A stretch of 64,000 nucleotides of DNA. It comes from Lama glama. Its lineage: Eukaryota. The translations under genes were made by a program, and so were the position numbers. Of the stretch, positions 1 through 12,345 are shown one piece after another. The notes under the pieces were generated by a model. That model worked only from the letters and a program-made list of their open reading frames with translations. It ran no database searches and was not told the origin of the DNA. How positions within the stretch are numbered: position 1 is the first letter of the stretch; the number at the start of each line of letters is the position of its first letter. The stretch covers positions 106,704,001 to 106,768,000 of the forward strand of contig CM052817.1 of assembly GCA_028534125.1 (NCBI GenBank). The letters are read 5' to 3'.

Positions 1-321
1 AAGCGGCAAGGGAGATGTGTCTGAATCTTAGATAAGGTGATCAAGAGAATCTGACTGAGGCAGTGACACTTGAGCAAAGGTCTAAAAGAAGCAAGGGAGG
101 AAGTGATGAGGTTATCTGCGGGAAGAGCAGGAGCGAACGCCCAGAGACCAGAGCAATTTTCAGCCAAGAAATCTGTGTATTTGAAGCAGACTGAACTAGG
201 GGTATAAGAGTGAGGTCAAGAAGGGGAGGGGGGCATCCCTTAGAGTGGGGGGCCGTTGTTAACACTTGGGCTCTTACCCTGAGTGAGATCCAATGGGCAA
301 TTTTGAGCAGAGAAGTGAGTT

Positions 322-480
322 GTTTTTTATTTTTAATTTCCAGTTTATTAAAGTATAACTGACACATAACATGAGTTTAAAGTGTACCACATAATGATTT
401 GATGTATATATTTACAGCAAAATGATCACTGCAGTGAGTTTAGTAAACATCCATCACCCCACATCATGACAAAATTATTT
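322..480 (-). mobile_element. L1 3' UTR end (old L1M-type)
   Basis: T-rich tail followed by TTTATTAAAGTATAACTGAC...TTTAAAGTGTAC...AACATCCATCACC, typical of an antisense L1 3' terminus. Confidence 0.7.
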
Positions 481-713
481 TAGCTTTTCCTGTGCATCGT
501 TCTAGCAGCTTTTTACTTTTTCAAAGGATCATTCTGGCTTGTTGAAAACACACACTGGTAGAAGTGACAAGACCAGGAAATAACAGTAGAGACATGCTTG
601 GATTCTGAAATCTTTTGGAATTTAAAAGCACATGAGTTTGGTTGAAGATAGGGTGTGAGATATAATAGAAGGAGTGGAAGGAAGGAAGAGTGAAGAAAGT
701 GGAATTAGAAGTT

Positions 714-742
714 GTGTGTGCATGTGTGTGTGTGTGTGTGTG
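714..742. repeat. (TG)n microsatellite
   Basis: Directly visible, with one CA interruption. Confidence 0.9.
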
Positions 743-1169
743 TTCCAGGGAAGACCAGGAGTTTGTGTTTGGACATGTTGTCAGTTCAATTTTTTATTAA
801 CTCTCCAGGAAGAAATGTGGAGGGGGCTGTGAATGGAGTTTGGAAGCCAGCACCACGTGGACGGCATCTAAAGACATGATGCTAGATGCGATGACCCATG
901 GAGAGATGTAAGGACAGATGGCTTGTGCTGAGAGGTCAGGAAGCACGAGGATGAGGCAGAAAAATGACTGAGGGAATGTGTCTCAGCAGGTGGGAGGAAA
1001 TCCACCAGGGTGTGGTAGACTGGAAACTAAGTAATGGAAATGTTTAAAGTGAGGAGTCAAAGAAGGGTTGGGTTGACTCTTGGATTATGTAAATATTACT
1101 TATAGGTCAAGTAAAACAAAGACTGAAAATTGATCCCCGGATTTACCGGTTTAAAGGTTGGAAGTTTAA

Positions 1170-1290
1170 GGGGGGAAGGTATAGCTCAAGTGGTAGAGTG
1201 TATGCTTAGAATATGCAAGTTCCTGGGCTCAAACCCCAGTACCTCCTCTTAAAATAAATAAGTAAATCTAATTATCTCCCCCTCCCAAAA
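1170..1290 (+). mobile_element. tRNA-Ala-derived SINE (vic-1-like)
   Basis: A-box TAGCTCAAGTGG, B-box GGCTCAAACC, A-rich tail; TSD AAAGGTTGGAAGTTTAA (1153-1169) / AAAGCTTGAAAGTTTAA (1291-1307). Confidence 0.92.
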
Positions 1291-1947
1291 AAAGCTTGAA
1301 AGTTTAAAGAGAGCCATGAACAAAGGTTCAAGTTATGCATATGAAAATATGCTAACTTAACTGAAAAGTGAATTCCTGTCCCCCTAGGACATATGCTGTG
1401 TCCAAATAAAACAGTTTTTTAAATTATAGATATTCTCAAAGCCTTTATTATACTGTTAATAGATATTGTGGATTTCCAGGAGATAATAATAGAATATATA
1501 GTGTATAAGAAAGAATACTTATTTCTGCATAGGTTTGGTTGCGGGGGGCGGGGGGTGCTTTTTCATTGTTTCCTCTTTGTTTGTTTTGTAACACAACCAT
1601 GAACACCTCCTGCAACAATGTTCTATGGAAAATGAGTCTGTGAAACCATATGGTAAAGTAGTGGTCTGCTAACCACTTTAATTATATATTCATGTCAATA
1701 AAAATGTTTGAACAAGCTTTGTATATGTATTTACTTATTATATTTGTCACAGGGGGTAAAATGAAACTCTGTCTCAGTTTCAAACTAAAGGCCCAAAGAC
1801 CAAGTATAAAACAGTACTGGTCAATCACTTCAAGGTGAAGTCTAGACTAAAAAGGCAGAATTTTAAAGGAGGTGATCGAAAACCATTCTCCCAGCCCTTA
1901 CTTTAACCACACGTTGGCTAAAAGAGACCAGGAGGATCAAGAGGCAA

Positions 1948-2872
1948 AATCTCATCATGGTTTTGATTTGCATTTCCCTGATGATTACTGATGTTGAGCA
2001 TCTTTTCCTGTGTCTGTTGGCCATCTGTATATCTTTTTTGGAAACATATCTATTCAGATCCTTTGCCCATTTTTAAGTTGGATTGTTCAGGTTTTTTCTT
2101 TTTCTTTTTCTTTTTGATATTGAATTGAATGAGCTCTTTATATATTTTGGATATTAGCCCCTTATCAGTCATATCTTTTGCAAATATTTTCTCCCATTCA
2201 GCAGGTTGCCTTTTTGTTTTGTTGAGTGTTTCCTTTGCTGTGCAAAAGCTTTTAAAGTTTGATTAGGTCCCAACTGTTTATTTTTGCTTTTGTTTCCCTT
2301 GCCTGATGAAACAAGAGTCAAAAAAAAAAATTGCTAAGGTTTATATCAAAAAGTGTACTGCTTGTGTTTTCTTCTAGCAGTTTTATGGTTTCAAGTCTTA
2401 CATTTAGGTCTTTAATCCATTTTGAGTTTATTTTTGTAGGTGGTGTGAGAAAATGAAAAAATAAAAATTTGCCATTTGCAAAAACATGGATGGGCCTGGA
2501 GGGTAGTGCTTAGTGGAATAAGTCAGAGAAAGACAAACCACTGTATGTTTTCACTTACATATGGAAATTAAAAAATGAATGAATATAAAGAAACAGACTC
2601 TCAGATAACAGTGCAAACTAGTAGTTACCACTGGGGAGGGGTGGGGGAGGGACAAATAAGGGACGGTGATTAAGACACTACAAACTATTAGATACAAAAC
2701 AAATAAGCTACAAGGATGTAATGTATAAAATAGGAATAAAACCAATGGTTTATAATAATTTTGAATGGAATATAATCTATAAAAACACCAAATCACTATG
2801 CTGTACACTGAAAATAACATAATATTGTAAATCAATTTTACTGCAACAATTCTTTAAAAAACAATTTAAAAA
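1948..2872. mobile_element. 5'-inverted L1 insertion (minus ORF2 3' part 1948-2455, plus 3' end 2456-2872)
   Basis: Antisense L1 ORF2 C-terminal sequence fused to a sense L1 3' end with A-rich tail; degenerate TSD GGATCAAGAGGCAA / GAATCAAAAGGCAA. Confidence 0.85.
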
Positions 2873-2889
2873 AGGGAATCAAAAGGCAA

Positions 2890-3730
2890 GTTTGACCTGT
2901 GTCCTCAGGAGTTAGTGGAGTGCACCAACCAGTGCCAGACTTAGACCCACACCTGGGATTGTACAGGCGAGTGACTGGAGCTGACTAGTTGGTCCCCGAT
3001 TAACAGGGTGGTCAGGGAATTGCTGGAAGGGAGCTGCAGCAATGGTTGAGTCAAGGAAGTGTGTTTATCCAGGGTCGAATTGTGGAATCCATGGAGCGGA
3101 ACCAGTCAGGGGCAATGAGACCTCAGTACAAATGGTGGACAGCCTGATGCTAGGGTCTGAGGGAGAAACAGGCCAGAAGATCTCATGTTCACATCACAGG
3201 TGGTAAGGAACAGAATTCCCTGAGAAGCCCATACAAGCACCACAAGAGAGAAAAAGAATGGCTCTGGGTGCCCACCAGCCCAGAGCAATGCTGCCAGAAC
3301 ACAGCAGTCGCAGCTGAGTACGATCTTTCCTAATTTCCACCTCTTTCCTCATCCAACTTCGTGTCTCCTGCCCAATCCTGAAAGACCCGGGGAGTCTTTG
3401 GGTTGGAGGAGGGCTGGTCGCTGAGAAAGGGGTCAGCACAGGACCTCTCGGGTTTCCAGCTGGAACTGCCCTGAAACAGGAGGGGGAGAATCTAAGTTCA
3501 AAAGAAGTCCAGAGTGTCCTTTATTGACCTTGGTCTGGATGTTTTAATTACTGAAGTCAGTATCTGTTGAGCTTAGAACTGATCAGAGAAGTTTCTATTA
3601 TTTAAAGGCTACCAGAAAACTACAGAATCTGTCTGAAGTTCCATCCAGGAGAGAGGAAGTTGAAGCCCACAGAGCAGATTCAAAGAAAGACTGAGCAGGA
3701 AATAGTTGCTCTATGAAGGTGACTCTTACG
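2890..3730 (+). mobile_element. Probable ancient LTR (possibly MamGypLTR-like), split by the L1 above
   Basis: GC-elevated block continuous across the L1 TSD; family resemblance from memory only. Confidence 0.3.
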
Positions 3731-4177
3731 CACACATGGACTAATGTTTAACATGTTACATGTATTATAAAATATATACACATAAGAAAGAAAATATAGA
3801 AGAATAAGAATAAATATGAAACAAACTGTATTTTAAAAATAACTATTTATTTAACAATATACATTGACTATTCATGGAAGTTTTTAGTGACAGAAATAGG
3901 ATTGAAAATGTTTCATCCTTTCAGAAAATTTGGTTTAGTATTTTATGATTCAGCAGTTCTGACTGTAAATCCAGTTTGTTTTCATTCCAGGTTTGTTAAC
4001 ATGCATAGTTGAAAAAAACAACTCAAAATCCACAAGTGGAAGAAATACATTATTATAGTAAATCATGATACTTTTCCATCTCACCTATCTTTCAAAAGTT
4101 TTTGCTGAAATTCAGCTAATAGATTTTCTCTGATGTCCTTCAGTGGTCTGGCAAACTAATCATAAATTTCCTTATTT

Positions 4178-4460
4178 CATTAGATAGTCATTGAATATCC
4201 AGTGTATGCCAGGCACTTGCTGGATGCAGGGGATAAAACTGTGATTTAAAAAAAAAATCCCTTGGAGTTCATGGTGTGGTGAAAGAGATGAATATTAATG
4301 AGAACCATCTGTAAATTGTCCAATAAAACCTGTGCAGAAGCCAGGGAGGAAGATTTGTCTACGGTGAGATGGGTCCTAATTGAGTGTCCAAAGAAGGCTT
4401 CTCTGAGGATGCTTGAGCTGAGATCTGGACAAAGATCTGAAGAAGAATTAATTGATCAAA
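4178..4460 (-). mobile_element. L2 3' end
   Basis: CATTGAATATCCAGTGTATGCCAGGCACTTGCTGGATGCAGGGGATA... is typical antisense L2 terminus. Confidence 0.7.
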
Positions 4461-5578
4461 CGCTGCTGTAATAGAAGCAGGAGGACACGGTGGCCCTAGA
4501 GCAAAAAGAAGGTGTTACATTTTTACATTTAAAAAAAATGTTTTAAAATACACTAAAAACGCTTTCGGCAAGCCTTACACAGTTAAGAAACTATTTTTTA
4601 AGCTTTTTTGAAAAAAAATGAAGATAGAATTTTTATAGGCAATGCCACCATTTTCAGGCCAAAAAAAAAAAAAGATCAAATAATAGGAACATTTGTTTAC
4701 ATCGATGAATAGTTAAGACTGATTGTTAATTAATGCTTTCTCCTCTCTCTCTTACCCTCTCTTCCGTTTTCTGTCATCCATGCTCCTGTACTTATTTGCT
4801 GCTCCTCACCCCCTCACTTTCCCTCTCATGCTCAGGCCACTGACTGTCCAGAATACCGAGTGGTCTCTACAATGGTGTCAGAACAGCTAACTGCCACCTG
4901 GGCCTGAGAGGAGGGGGAGTGATGCTCTCCTCTGGGATGTCAGCTTGTCCAAGGACCACAGCAATAATCAAGGCATCAAGGCAGCCTGAAGCTAAGTGCA
5001 GATTTGTTTGGTTTTTTTTTCTAAAGACTGTAAGGGAGTGAGGCCGAATAACAGACCCCCAAACAAGAAACCAAACTCTTGGAATGAAGAGTTTTCTGTG
5101 AAAACTTCCCAGTGTTGTAAAAACTCGTAGACACTAATCCATCCTCCACAAAGCTGCCAAATTAATCTTCCTAAAGTACAACATGGGTATTAGCAGTTCA
5201 GCCTCCCGCCAGGAATGATGCGTTCCGTCCACATTGAGAAGAATCTGATGATCGGATTCAAAACAAGTTGGAGTGAATTCTGGAGGGACAACTCTGGAAG
5301 GAAATAGAAAAGCCTTATCGCAGTGAGGACAAGAAACAGATCTGTAACCCCAGAGACGCACAGGAGGTGCAGGCAATCTACCGAAAGTGTTTCTCATCAA
5401 ACTAAAAGGAGTGGCATGTTACCATCAAATCTATTTTATAAAGAAAAGTGCCCAGTAAGTTAGCCAACCATTTGGGTCAAATTTTGATTTTAATTTTATC
5501 ATTTAACATATGGTTTGAATTTAAATTTGTTTTTAGAGAACCCATACTATGATGCTTGTCCATTTTCCCAAATGGTAT

Positions 5579-6066
5579 TGTAACAGAGAAGGACAAGTCT
5601 GACTCCATATTGAATCTGTTTCTTATATTTTAACCTTTGTATTCTGTTGCTTTTGCTACACGTTCATCACTAAAGGGATGTTACCTATAGCTTAAATTCT
5701 TGAAATTGGCCCATCTCTGGGAACCCTGCCCCCCAGGTAATGAGCGTTAAGCTAAAATAACATTGTTTAGCTCACAGGAAACATCCTGACCAGGCTGACC
5801 CAAGAATGACTGCGGGAAGGAAGAAATGAACGTACACCCTCTGGAGGCTGACTGGAACCAGGAAATATCTGACTTTATTCCCTCCCCTTTAGTATAAAGG
5901 AAGCATGGATTCTAACTCAGGCAAGATGGTTCTTTGGGACACTAGTCCACCATCTTCTTGGTTGGTTAGCTTTCTGAGAAAAGTTGCTTTCCTTGCTCCA
6001 AACACCTTGTCTCCCAATTTATTGGCCTGTCATACAGCTAGCAGTATGAGCTTGGACTTGGTTACA
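5579..6066 (+). mobile_element. ERV1-class solo LTR (MER41-like group)
   Basis: TGTAAC...GTTACA termini, exact 4-bp TSD GTAT (5575-5578 / 6067-6070), TATA-like AGTATAAAGG near 5891. Confidence 0.9.
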
Positions 6067-6840
6067 GTATAGAATTCTATTGTGGTGATGCTTCTTACTG
6101 GAGTTTGTCTTCTAAAATTCCAAACAAATACAATCAGGTTCTTTTTCCTTCTTATCGCTGTTCCACAGTGCTTTAATTTGATGCCCACTAAACTCTTCGT
6201 TGTCTCCTTTCAGTTCACTAATTATATTTTTCCTTCCATTATCCTCATAGTCAGAGCTTCTGTTTCTCATTAGCTGTTTTGAGACAAGTCAGAGGGGAAC
6301 GAGGCTTACGACAATGCCGTCTTGAAGAGAACAGGTCGTCAGTGGTTAAATCTGAGGAAAACCATGATAATAATAAGCAGAACTTCACTCAACCCAGGCA
6401 AACCAAGTTAGAAAAGCATGTATCCGCCCTTCCCCTGTCCTTCCCCTTTCAATTTTTTTTTAATTTTTCTTTTTGCCAGAAAACTTAGCTCACAATTTTT
6501 CTTGCTTTCTTACCCTTCTTTGACCCCTTCTTCCTCACTTCCACTGGGCTGTAATCTGCTACGCTCTGTTTTTTAACCACATCTAGGCATTTCTGCCCTG
6601 CCTGCGAACAGGATTTCACTAACATTTCCTCCTTAGGTTCTATCCATTGTGGCATTCACCACCCAGTCTTCTTTCTGCCTCTGTTTCAATGTCCTGAGAT
6701 GTCACCACCCATTCATTTTCACACAACTTTTCCTGATTCTGTGCTTTCAGGGGAAGAATAAGGAAAGAAGCATTTTTATTGCTGCTGTTGCTGTTATAAC
6801 AGAAAAATCAGTTTGTATGGAGAATTTGGAGTTCCTCTTT

Positions 6841-6964
6841 TTTTATGGGGGGGTGGTAATTGGGTTTATCCATTTATTTCTATCTGGAGGAGGTGCTGAG
6901 GATTGAACTGGGAACCTCATGAATGTCAAGCATGTGCTCTACCACTTGAGCTCTACCCTCCCCC
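6841..6964 (-). mobile_element. tRNA-Ala-derived SINE (vic-1-like)
   Basis: Antisense A and B boxes; TSD TGGAGTTCCTCTTT / TGGAGGTCCTCTTT. Confidence 0.9.
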
Positions 6965-8761
6965 ATGGAGGTCCTCTTTGATGTATAGCCAGATGGAAGA
7001 TCCTACTGAAACTAGATGTTTTTCTATATAAAGGAGCACAAAGCTACCATTTCTTATGAAGAGAATCAAAATCTACTAAATGGCAGAATTTGAAAAACCA
7101 AGAGCCCTTAAAGGCCATTAGTCCAATGCTTTTATTTATAGGTAAGCACATGGAAGCCAACAGTTATTCATGCTTTTCATGTGTCAGGCTTTGTACCTTG
7201 TGTTACTGTTGTTATAGTTTTATACTTGTTAAAAAGTATATCCTCATAATCACCCCAAGAGTGAAATATTCTATTTAATACTAGGAATATGTTCTAAGCA
7301 CCTCCTCAGTGCCCCATCCTAGGGAAAAAAGTAAGAAGGTATGATGCAGGGAGCACCTTTTCTTTTCCACGGGCTCGATACCCAATCTCATGTAACCATC
7401 ACACTTGGACACAAACATCCTGGGTCCAATTTTCACGAAATAACTGAATGTCAAAGATGTGAGGAGTCACTTGCCAAGGATCACAAAGCTATGAAGAGGC
7501 AGACAGAGAATCAAAATTCAGGTCTGCCTCAAACCTAAGTCTACTTTTGGCTGGTAGGCTGTTTTGTTTGCTTTTCCACGCAGGGCTGTCTATTCGGGAA
7601 AAGCACAACCATGTCAGTTCCCCAGCCAGATGATTGGTGACCCCAGAATTCTCAAACCAGACGACAACCTGACCTTCTCAACTCTGACCCTTCCAGCTCT
7701 ACCACCTGTTTACCCTCATTATACAAACCTTTGTACCTGTGCTTTAACAGTGGGACAGCCTCTTTGTGTGGGTCTGATATGTGTTTAATTAATATAATGG
7801 TGACATTACCAAGGAGACAGAACAGAAAAAAGAGGCAATAAATTTGGGCAACAAATTTAATGACCCACCTTTTAAAATTAATAACTATCATTATGTTTAA
7901 AGATATAGCCTAATACTTTTTCCACTAAACACAAGGCTCTCCCACTCTTTTGTAACCTGATTTTAGTGATTTTAGTTACTATCATCATTTTTCCCCATTC
8001 CCTTTTTCCTCTCCCCCACTCAGTAACGTGAGACTCATCTTTCTTATCCAAGAATGTCTGTTGCTTTTCCTTTAACATAACAACAATTCTCTAGTATTAA
8101 TGACATAAATTCCAACTCCTTCACTCCTTTATTTATTTATTTTTTTTTTTGGAGATAAAGAATAGCAAACCATTACTTCAAACTTGAGAAGTCTCTTAAA
8201 ATACATAATAGTCTTTGCAGCTATCGCCTACCAAAAACAAGGTCCTACGCATTTAGTTTAGGTCTTTAACTTCTTGGGAACTAAACATTATTGACTCAAC
8301 TCTCTCATATCTATTATGCCTTTGAAATTAGATCTAGACAGTTGGGTTAAAATATTTTCCTCCTGTTCATTCTCAAACTCTGGCTATTAAATTTACATGA
8401 GCATTACTGCTTAATCCTGCACCTGCTTAAGGGTGTGTACATGCACACTGATTAAAAAAGAAAAGAAAAGACAACACTTAGATAACACATTTGTTAGCTG
8501 TACAGGGACAGCATCTCTGTTTATCTCACCCTCTAGTGGGAGCATCTCAAGTGGGAGTTCCCGGAGGGGAAGGATTTTGTCTTGATCATTCATACCTGCC
8601 ACTGCTGCCCTGTATCATTTTCCATAACTTTCAGGAACTAAAGAGGCTGAGGAATGAACAAAAGCAGAAGGGAACTAACTTCATTCACTTAATAATTATT
8701 GTTTAGAATCCACTCTGCCTCAGAAACTACACTATGAACTTGACTTACATTACATTGTTTG

Positions 8762-9279
8762 TGTTATAGAGAAGAACAAACCTGAGTCCACATTAGACCT
8801 GTTCCTTTGGCTCTAACCCTGTGCTGTTTCCTGGGCTCCGTCATGCTGGTTCTGCACCTTTTGTAAAAGAATGTTGCCTAGAGCCTGAAATAGACAGGAG
8901 AGCCCATCCTCAAGGCTCTGACCTTTAAGGCTATAACACTTTCCCATTCACATAGAGATAAAAAGTTGCAGAGCAGAGAACAACATTTGTCTTGTTGGAG
9001 GTTTGCAGGAACATCATGACCTGACCTACATGGACAACTGCAAGAACAAAGGATTCCAACATTAAGAAATTTGCACCCATTAACCACACCCTCTCCTCTT
9101 TTTAGGATAAAAGGGGCCTGAATTCTTACTTGGGGAAGATGGTTCTCTAGGACGTTAGTCCCCCATCTTCTCGGTCTGCTGGCTTTCTGAATAAAGTCGC
9201 TATTCCTTGCCCCAACAACTAATCTCCTGATTTATTGGCCTCCCCTGGGGCGAGCAGAAGGAGTTTGGACTTGGTAACA
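8762..9279 (+). mobile_element. ERV1-class solo LTR related to 5579-6066
   Basis: TGTTA...TAACA termini, exact TSD TTTG (8758-8761 / 9280-9283), AATAAA near 9190; homologous to the first LTR at both ends. Confidence 0.9.
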
Positions 9280-9283
9280 TTTG

Positions 9284-9450
9284 TTTGCATAGCAACTCTG
9301 AATTAGGTTTGATTACACTCATTTTTAGAATAAGAAACCAAGTCTTGGGGTGACTATGCGACTATTTCCAGGTCATACATTTAGAAAATATGGGGTTAAA
9401 ATCTGAAGCCAAGTCTGCCCATCTCAAAAGCCCACACTCTTTCCAATTCA
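9284..9450. mobile_element. MIR fragment, probably split by the LTR
   Basis: CTCATTTTTAGAATAAGAAACCAAG...CCAGGTCATACA...GTCTGCC resembles the MIR core. Confidence 0.55.
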
Positions 9451-11551
9451 CCAGGCTCCTTCACGCAGACAAACAATACCCATAAACGTGAGTTACTTAC
9501 CCTCTATTGATAAACGATATAGATCTTCATACAAACCAATTACCTAAAAATGCATTACTGAACATTGTTACAGAACTAACCACTAGAGTTTGAGGCACTC
9601 AATAAAATGATGCATTTATTAAAGGCTTCAGTCTTGCTGAGTCTGTCCCTGTCACCCGATATAAATAACAGTCTGCAGCCAAATCTGAAACAGCTTGAAG
9701 GGAAAGAGTCTGCATTTACAGACGCCAGGTGCACTGCAGGAGCCAAGTCCAGGTACATGTTTCCGTTAGGCAAACAGATCTCTGCCCTCTCCTCCAAGAC
9801 AGGAACCAGCCAGGCACTTTACTTTTCCTTATGCTCCGGAAGAATACACGGAAGCAGCAAACTTGCTCAGATAGCACACTTTCCCGTCAAAGGCAGCACC
9901 CAATTAAAGAGCGATTTTATAGGATCAAGATTCACGCTTAGTCCTTCTCAGATGCATCAATTTTACTGGTTTGTTTTAGGAAGGAGGTCGTCCTATCAAT
10001 CCTGGGCTGGTGGTTAAACAGTCCTGGGTCTTTCCAGCATCCCCTGATCCAGACAGCCAGAGACCTGGATGAGGGGCAGGTTCCAGAGAAAGGCTCCTGC
10101 AGAAGGAGACAATGTTAGACTTCAAAGGGGATGCAGAGAGCATCCTCTTCAATACCATGATACTTCACAGGAGGAAGCAGAGGCTTAAAGAGGTTAGCGA
10201 CGTGCCCAGGACCGTTGACATTTACGAGGCATAGTCAGCCCTCTGATTCCTCCGACTACATCAAGTCGCCTGTGAGAGCTCAGGGTAAGCCAAAGCCCAA
10301 AGCCCAAAGCCCAAACAGAGACGCTGGCCAGAGCCAGGGCAGTGAATCTAGCTGACCTCACCGACATCCAGGTCTACAGAAAGCGAAACTGATTTCTGTT
10401 AACACTCCGAAGGTGTTAAACAGTTCACCTGAGATTTTTACTTTCCAATTTACTTTCATCTATACAGAGTCTGCTTTTGGATTTTTTCCCTCTCCATTTG
10501 TTTGTTTTTCAATAAAGCAGATAGTTTTTCGGGTCCAGGTTCTGCACACCGGCATTTCTCAAGACTGCACATCCCTAGGTGGTCTCTTGTCTTACAGAAG
10601 GGATCTTATAGAGAATATCAGTCTCTGAAGAATGAAAACTGCACCTCTGACCCAATAGGCAGCCCCACTGCTGCTTTTTAAAGTATTACACATTAATCTA
10701 ACATGAAGAGTACAATTTCTGCTGAATCTATTCAAAATCAAAGGTAAGAAAATGAAGAGAATTATATCAAATGGGGTATCTTATATTTTTCAAAAATGCC
10801 TGGATATTGAAACAGCTGAATTAACCATGTGTCTATTCTTTTTCCTCCAGCTTCATCTTCCATTACTCTCAAATAAACATACTGCATGACTGTGAACTAT
10901 GTTCACTTTAAACGGATATATTCATCTTTCTTGAAAACGATTTAAAGATCTTCACATCCACCCCTACGCTCATCCTGCATGTCCCATTTGGACTGTTCCA
11001 TGTTCTTCCAAAGTCCACTCCACGTTCCCCATTTTTACCTCCACACTTATGCTCACCCCTGTCTGCCCTGAAAAGCCAAGATTTTAAACAGCCACCTCCA
11101 ATCTAAATGTTAGTGAGCATAGGAAAGATGGCTTCTTTTTTACAGCCTTTCTCAAACTCTCAAACCATAGAAGCCTTTCCCTCCTTTCAACATCAGTAGC
11201 ACTGATGACTTCTGTCACTTAATTGACACTCAGGAAATTCTACCTGAATTGAATAGATAAAGGGAACAGAGCCGACAGGATGTACTTTGGCCTTTTGATA
11301 TTATTGACAGCCTCCTGGAGAGCGTCATTAATAGAGTTATTGCCTTTGGTGTAAACAGTGAGATGAGACAGCAACGCAGTCAAATGGAGCCAGAGGAGAA
11401 AAAGAAATTAAATGCCACTTGGTAAACAAGGAGGCTGTTTGTTTAGAGCAAAAGGTTTCAGGGGAGCCAGAAATCTGATCGTCATCTTAGGTTCCTCAGA
11501 CATTGTCATCACCATACAATTAATCAACGTTGCTTAATAATTCTCAAATCT

Positions 11552-11662
11552 GGCGTGGGATACAGCTCAGGGGTAGAGTGTGTGCATAGCGTGTGCAAAG
11601 TCCTGGGTTCAATCCCCAGTATCTCCATCAAAAATAAAAATTTGTAAATTTTTTTAAAATAG
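11552..11662 (+). mobile_element. tRNA-Ala-derived SINE (vic-1-like)
   Basis: A and B boxes (GGTTCAATCC); TSD TAATAATTCTCAAATCT / TAATAATTTTCAAATCT. Confidence 0.9.
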
Positions 11663-11719
11663 TAATAATTTTCAAATCTAAACCCAAAACTCTTGCCCCA
11701 CTGGTAACCACGGTATTCA

Positions 11720-12345
11720 TGCCATCATTCAAAACACATTTATTAAGCATCTTCTGTGTGCTGGATACTATTCTAGGTGCTGGAGATACACGGTGAATTA
11801 AAAAAAAAAGAATTGTTGTCATATTGGAGCTTACATACTAATAAAAGGAAACAGATAGAAAGTAATCATAGCAAATTATAAAATATATGGAAGTAATTAT
11901 TTCTAAGGAGAAAATGAATGAAACGAGGCTAGATGGTACCTACGGAGTTCAATTTTTCACTAGGATCACTGGGTAAGATCTCGGGGAGAAGGTAAAATCT
12001 CAGCAAATAAGTGAGGAAGGGGAGGGGAGGAAGGAGGAGGGAGAGCAAGCCAAGCAGATATCTGATGGAAAAGTAACCTATTCCAGACAAAAAGAAGAGA
12101 AAATACAAATGGTCTGAGCTGGGGCCAAGTCTGTCGGGTTTGAGAACCAGCATGAAAATCAGCGCAGCTGAGAAGTGATGAGCGTGGGAGAGGGGAAGTC
12201 AGGGGGGACACGGGTGCCGGGGGAGAGCCCACTAGGACGCTGGCTTGGACTCGAATAAAATAATGATCCGTGGGAAGACTGTGCGCTGAGGACTGATATG
12301 ACCTGACTTATTCACTGGGGAGAACGGACTGTAAAAAGGTTCCAC
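11720..12345 (-). mobile_element. L2 3' region
   Basis: CATTCAAAACACATTTATTAAGCATCTTCTGTGTGCTGGATACTATTCTAGGTGCTGGAGATACA. Confidence 0.8.

Larger units (their letters stand above)
1..1140 (-). mobile_element. Degenerate L2 LINE fragments, interrupted by an L1 3' end
   Basis: Purine-rich sequence resembling antisense L2 (GTGACACTTGAGCAAAGGTCT..., GAGTTTGTGTTTGGACATGTTG); boundaries approximate. Confidence 0.6.

Noticed and set aside
1170..1250. tRNA-Ala genes (here and at the seven similar loci)
   Set aside because: Degenerate stems, A-rich tails and TSDs show they are SINEs.
5972..5980. GAS motif TTCTGAGAA in the first LTR
   Set aside because: It coincides with a mutated poly(A) signal (TTCTGAATAAA in the sister LTR), so it is probably incidental.
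6112..6273. Protein-like minus-strand frame MRNRSSDYEDNG...
   Set aside because: Short, bounded by stops, poor acceptor; A-rich strands readily give such peptides by chance.
5579..9279. A single provirus bounded by two LTRs
   Set aside because: Each LTR has its own TSD, the LTRs are not near-identical, and the intervening DNA has no retroviral features.
11271..11425. Protein-like plus-strand frame ...PFDIIDSLLESVINRVIAFG...
   Set aside because: No credible acceptor upstream and no recognised homology.
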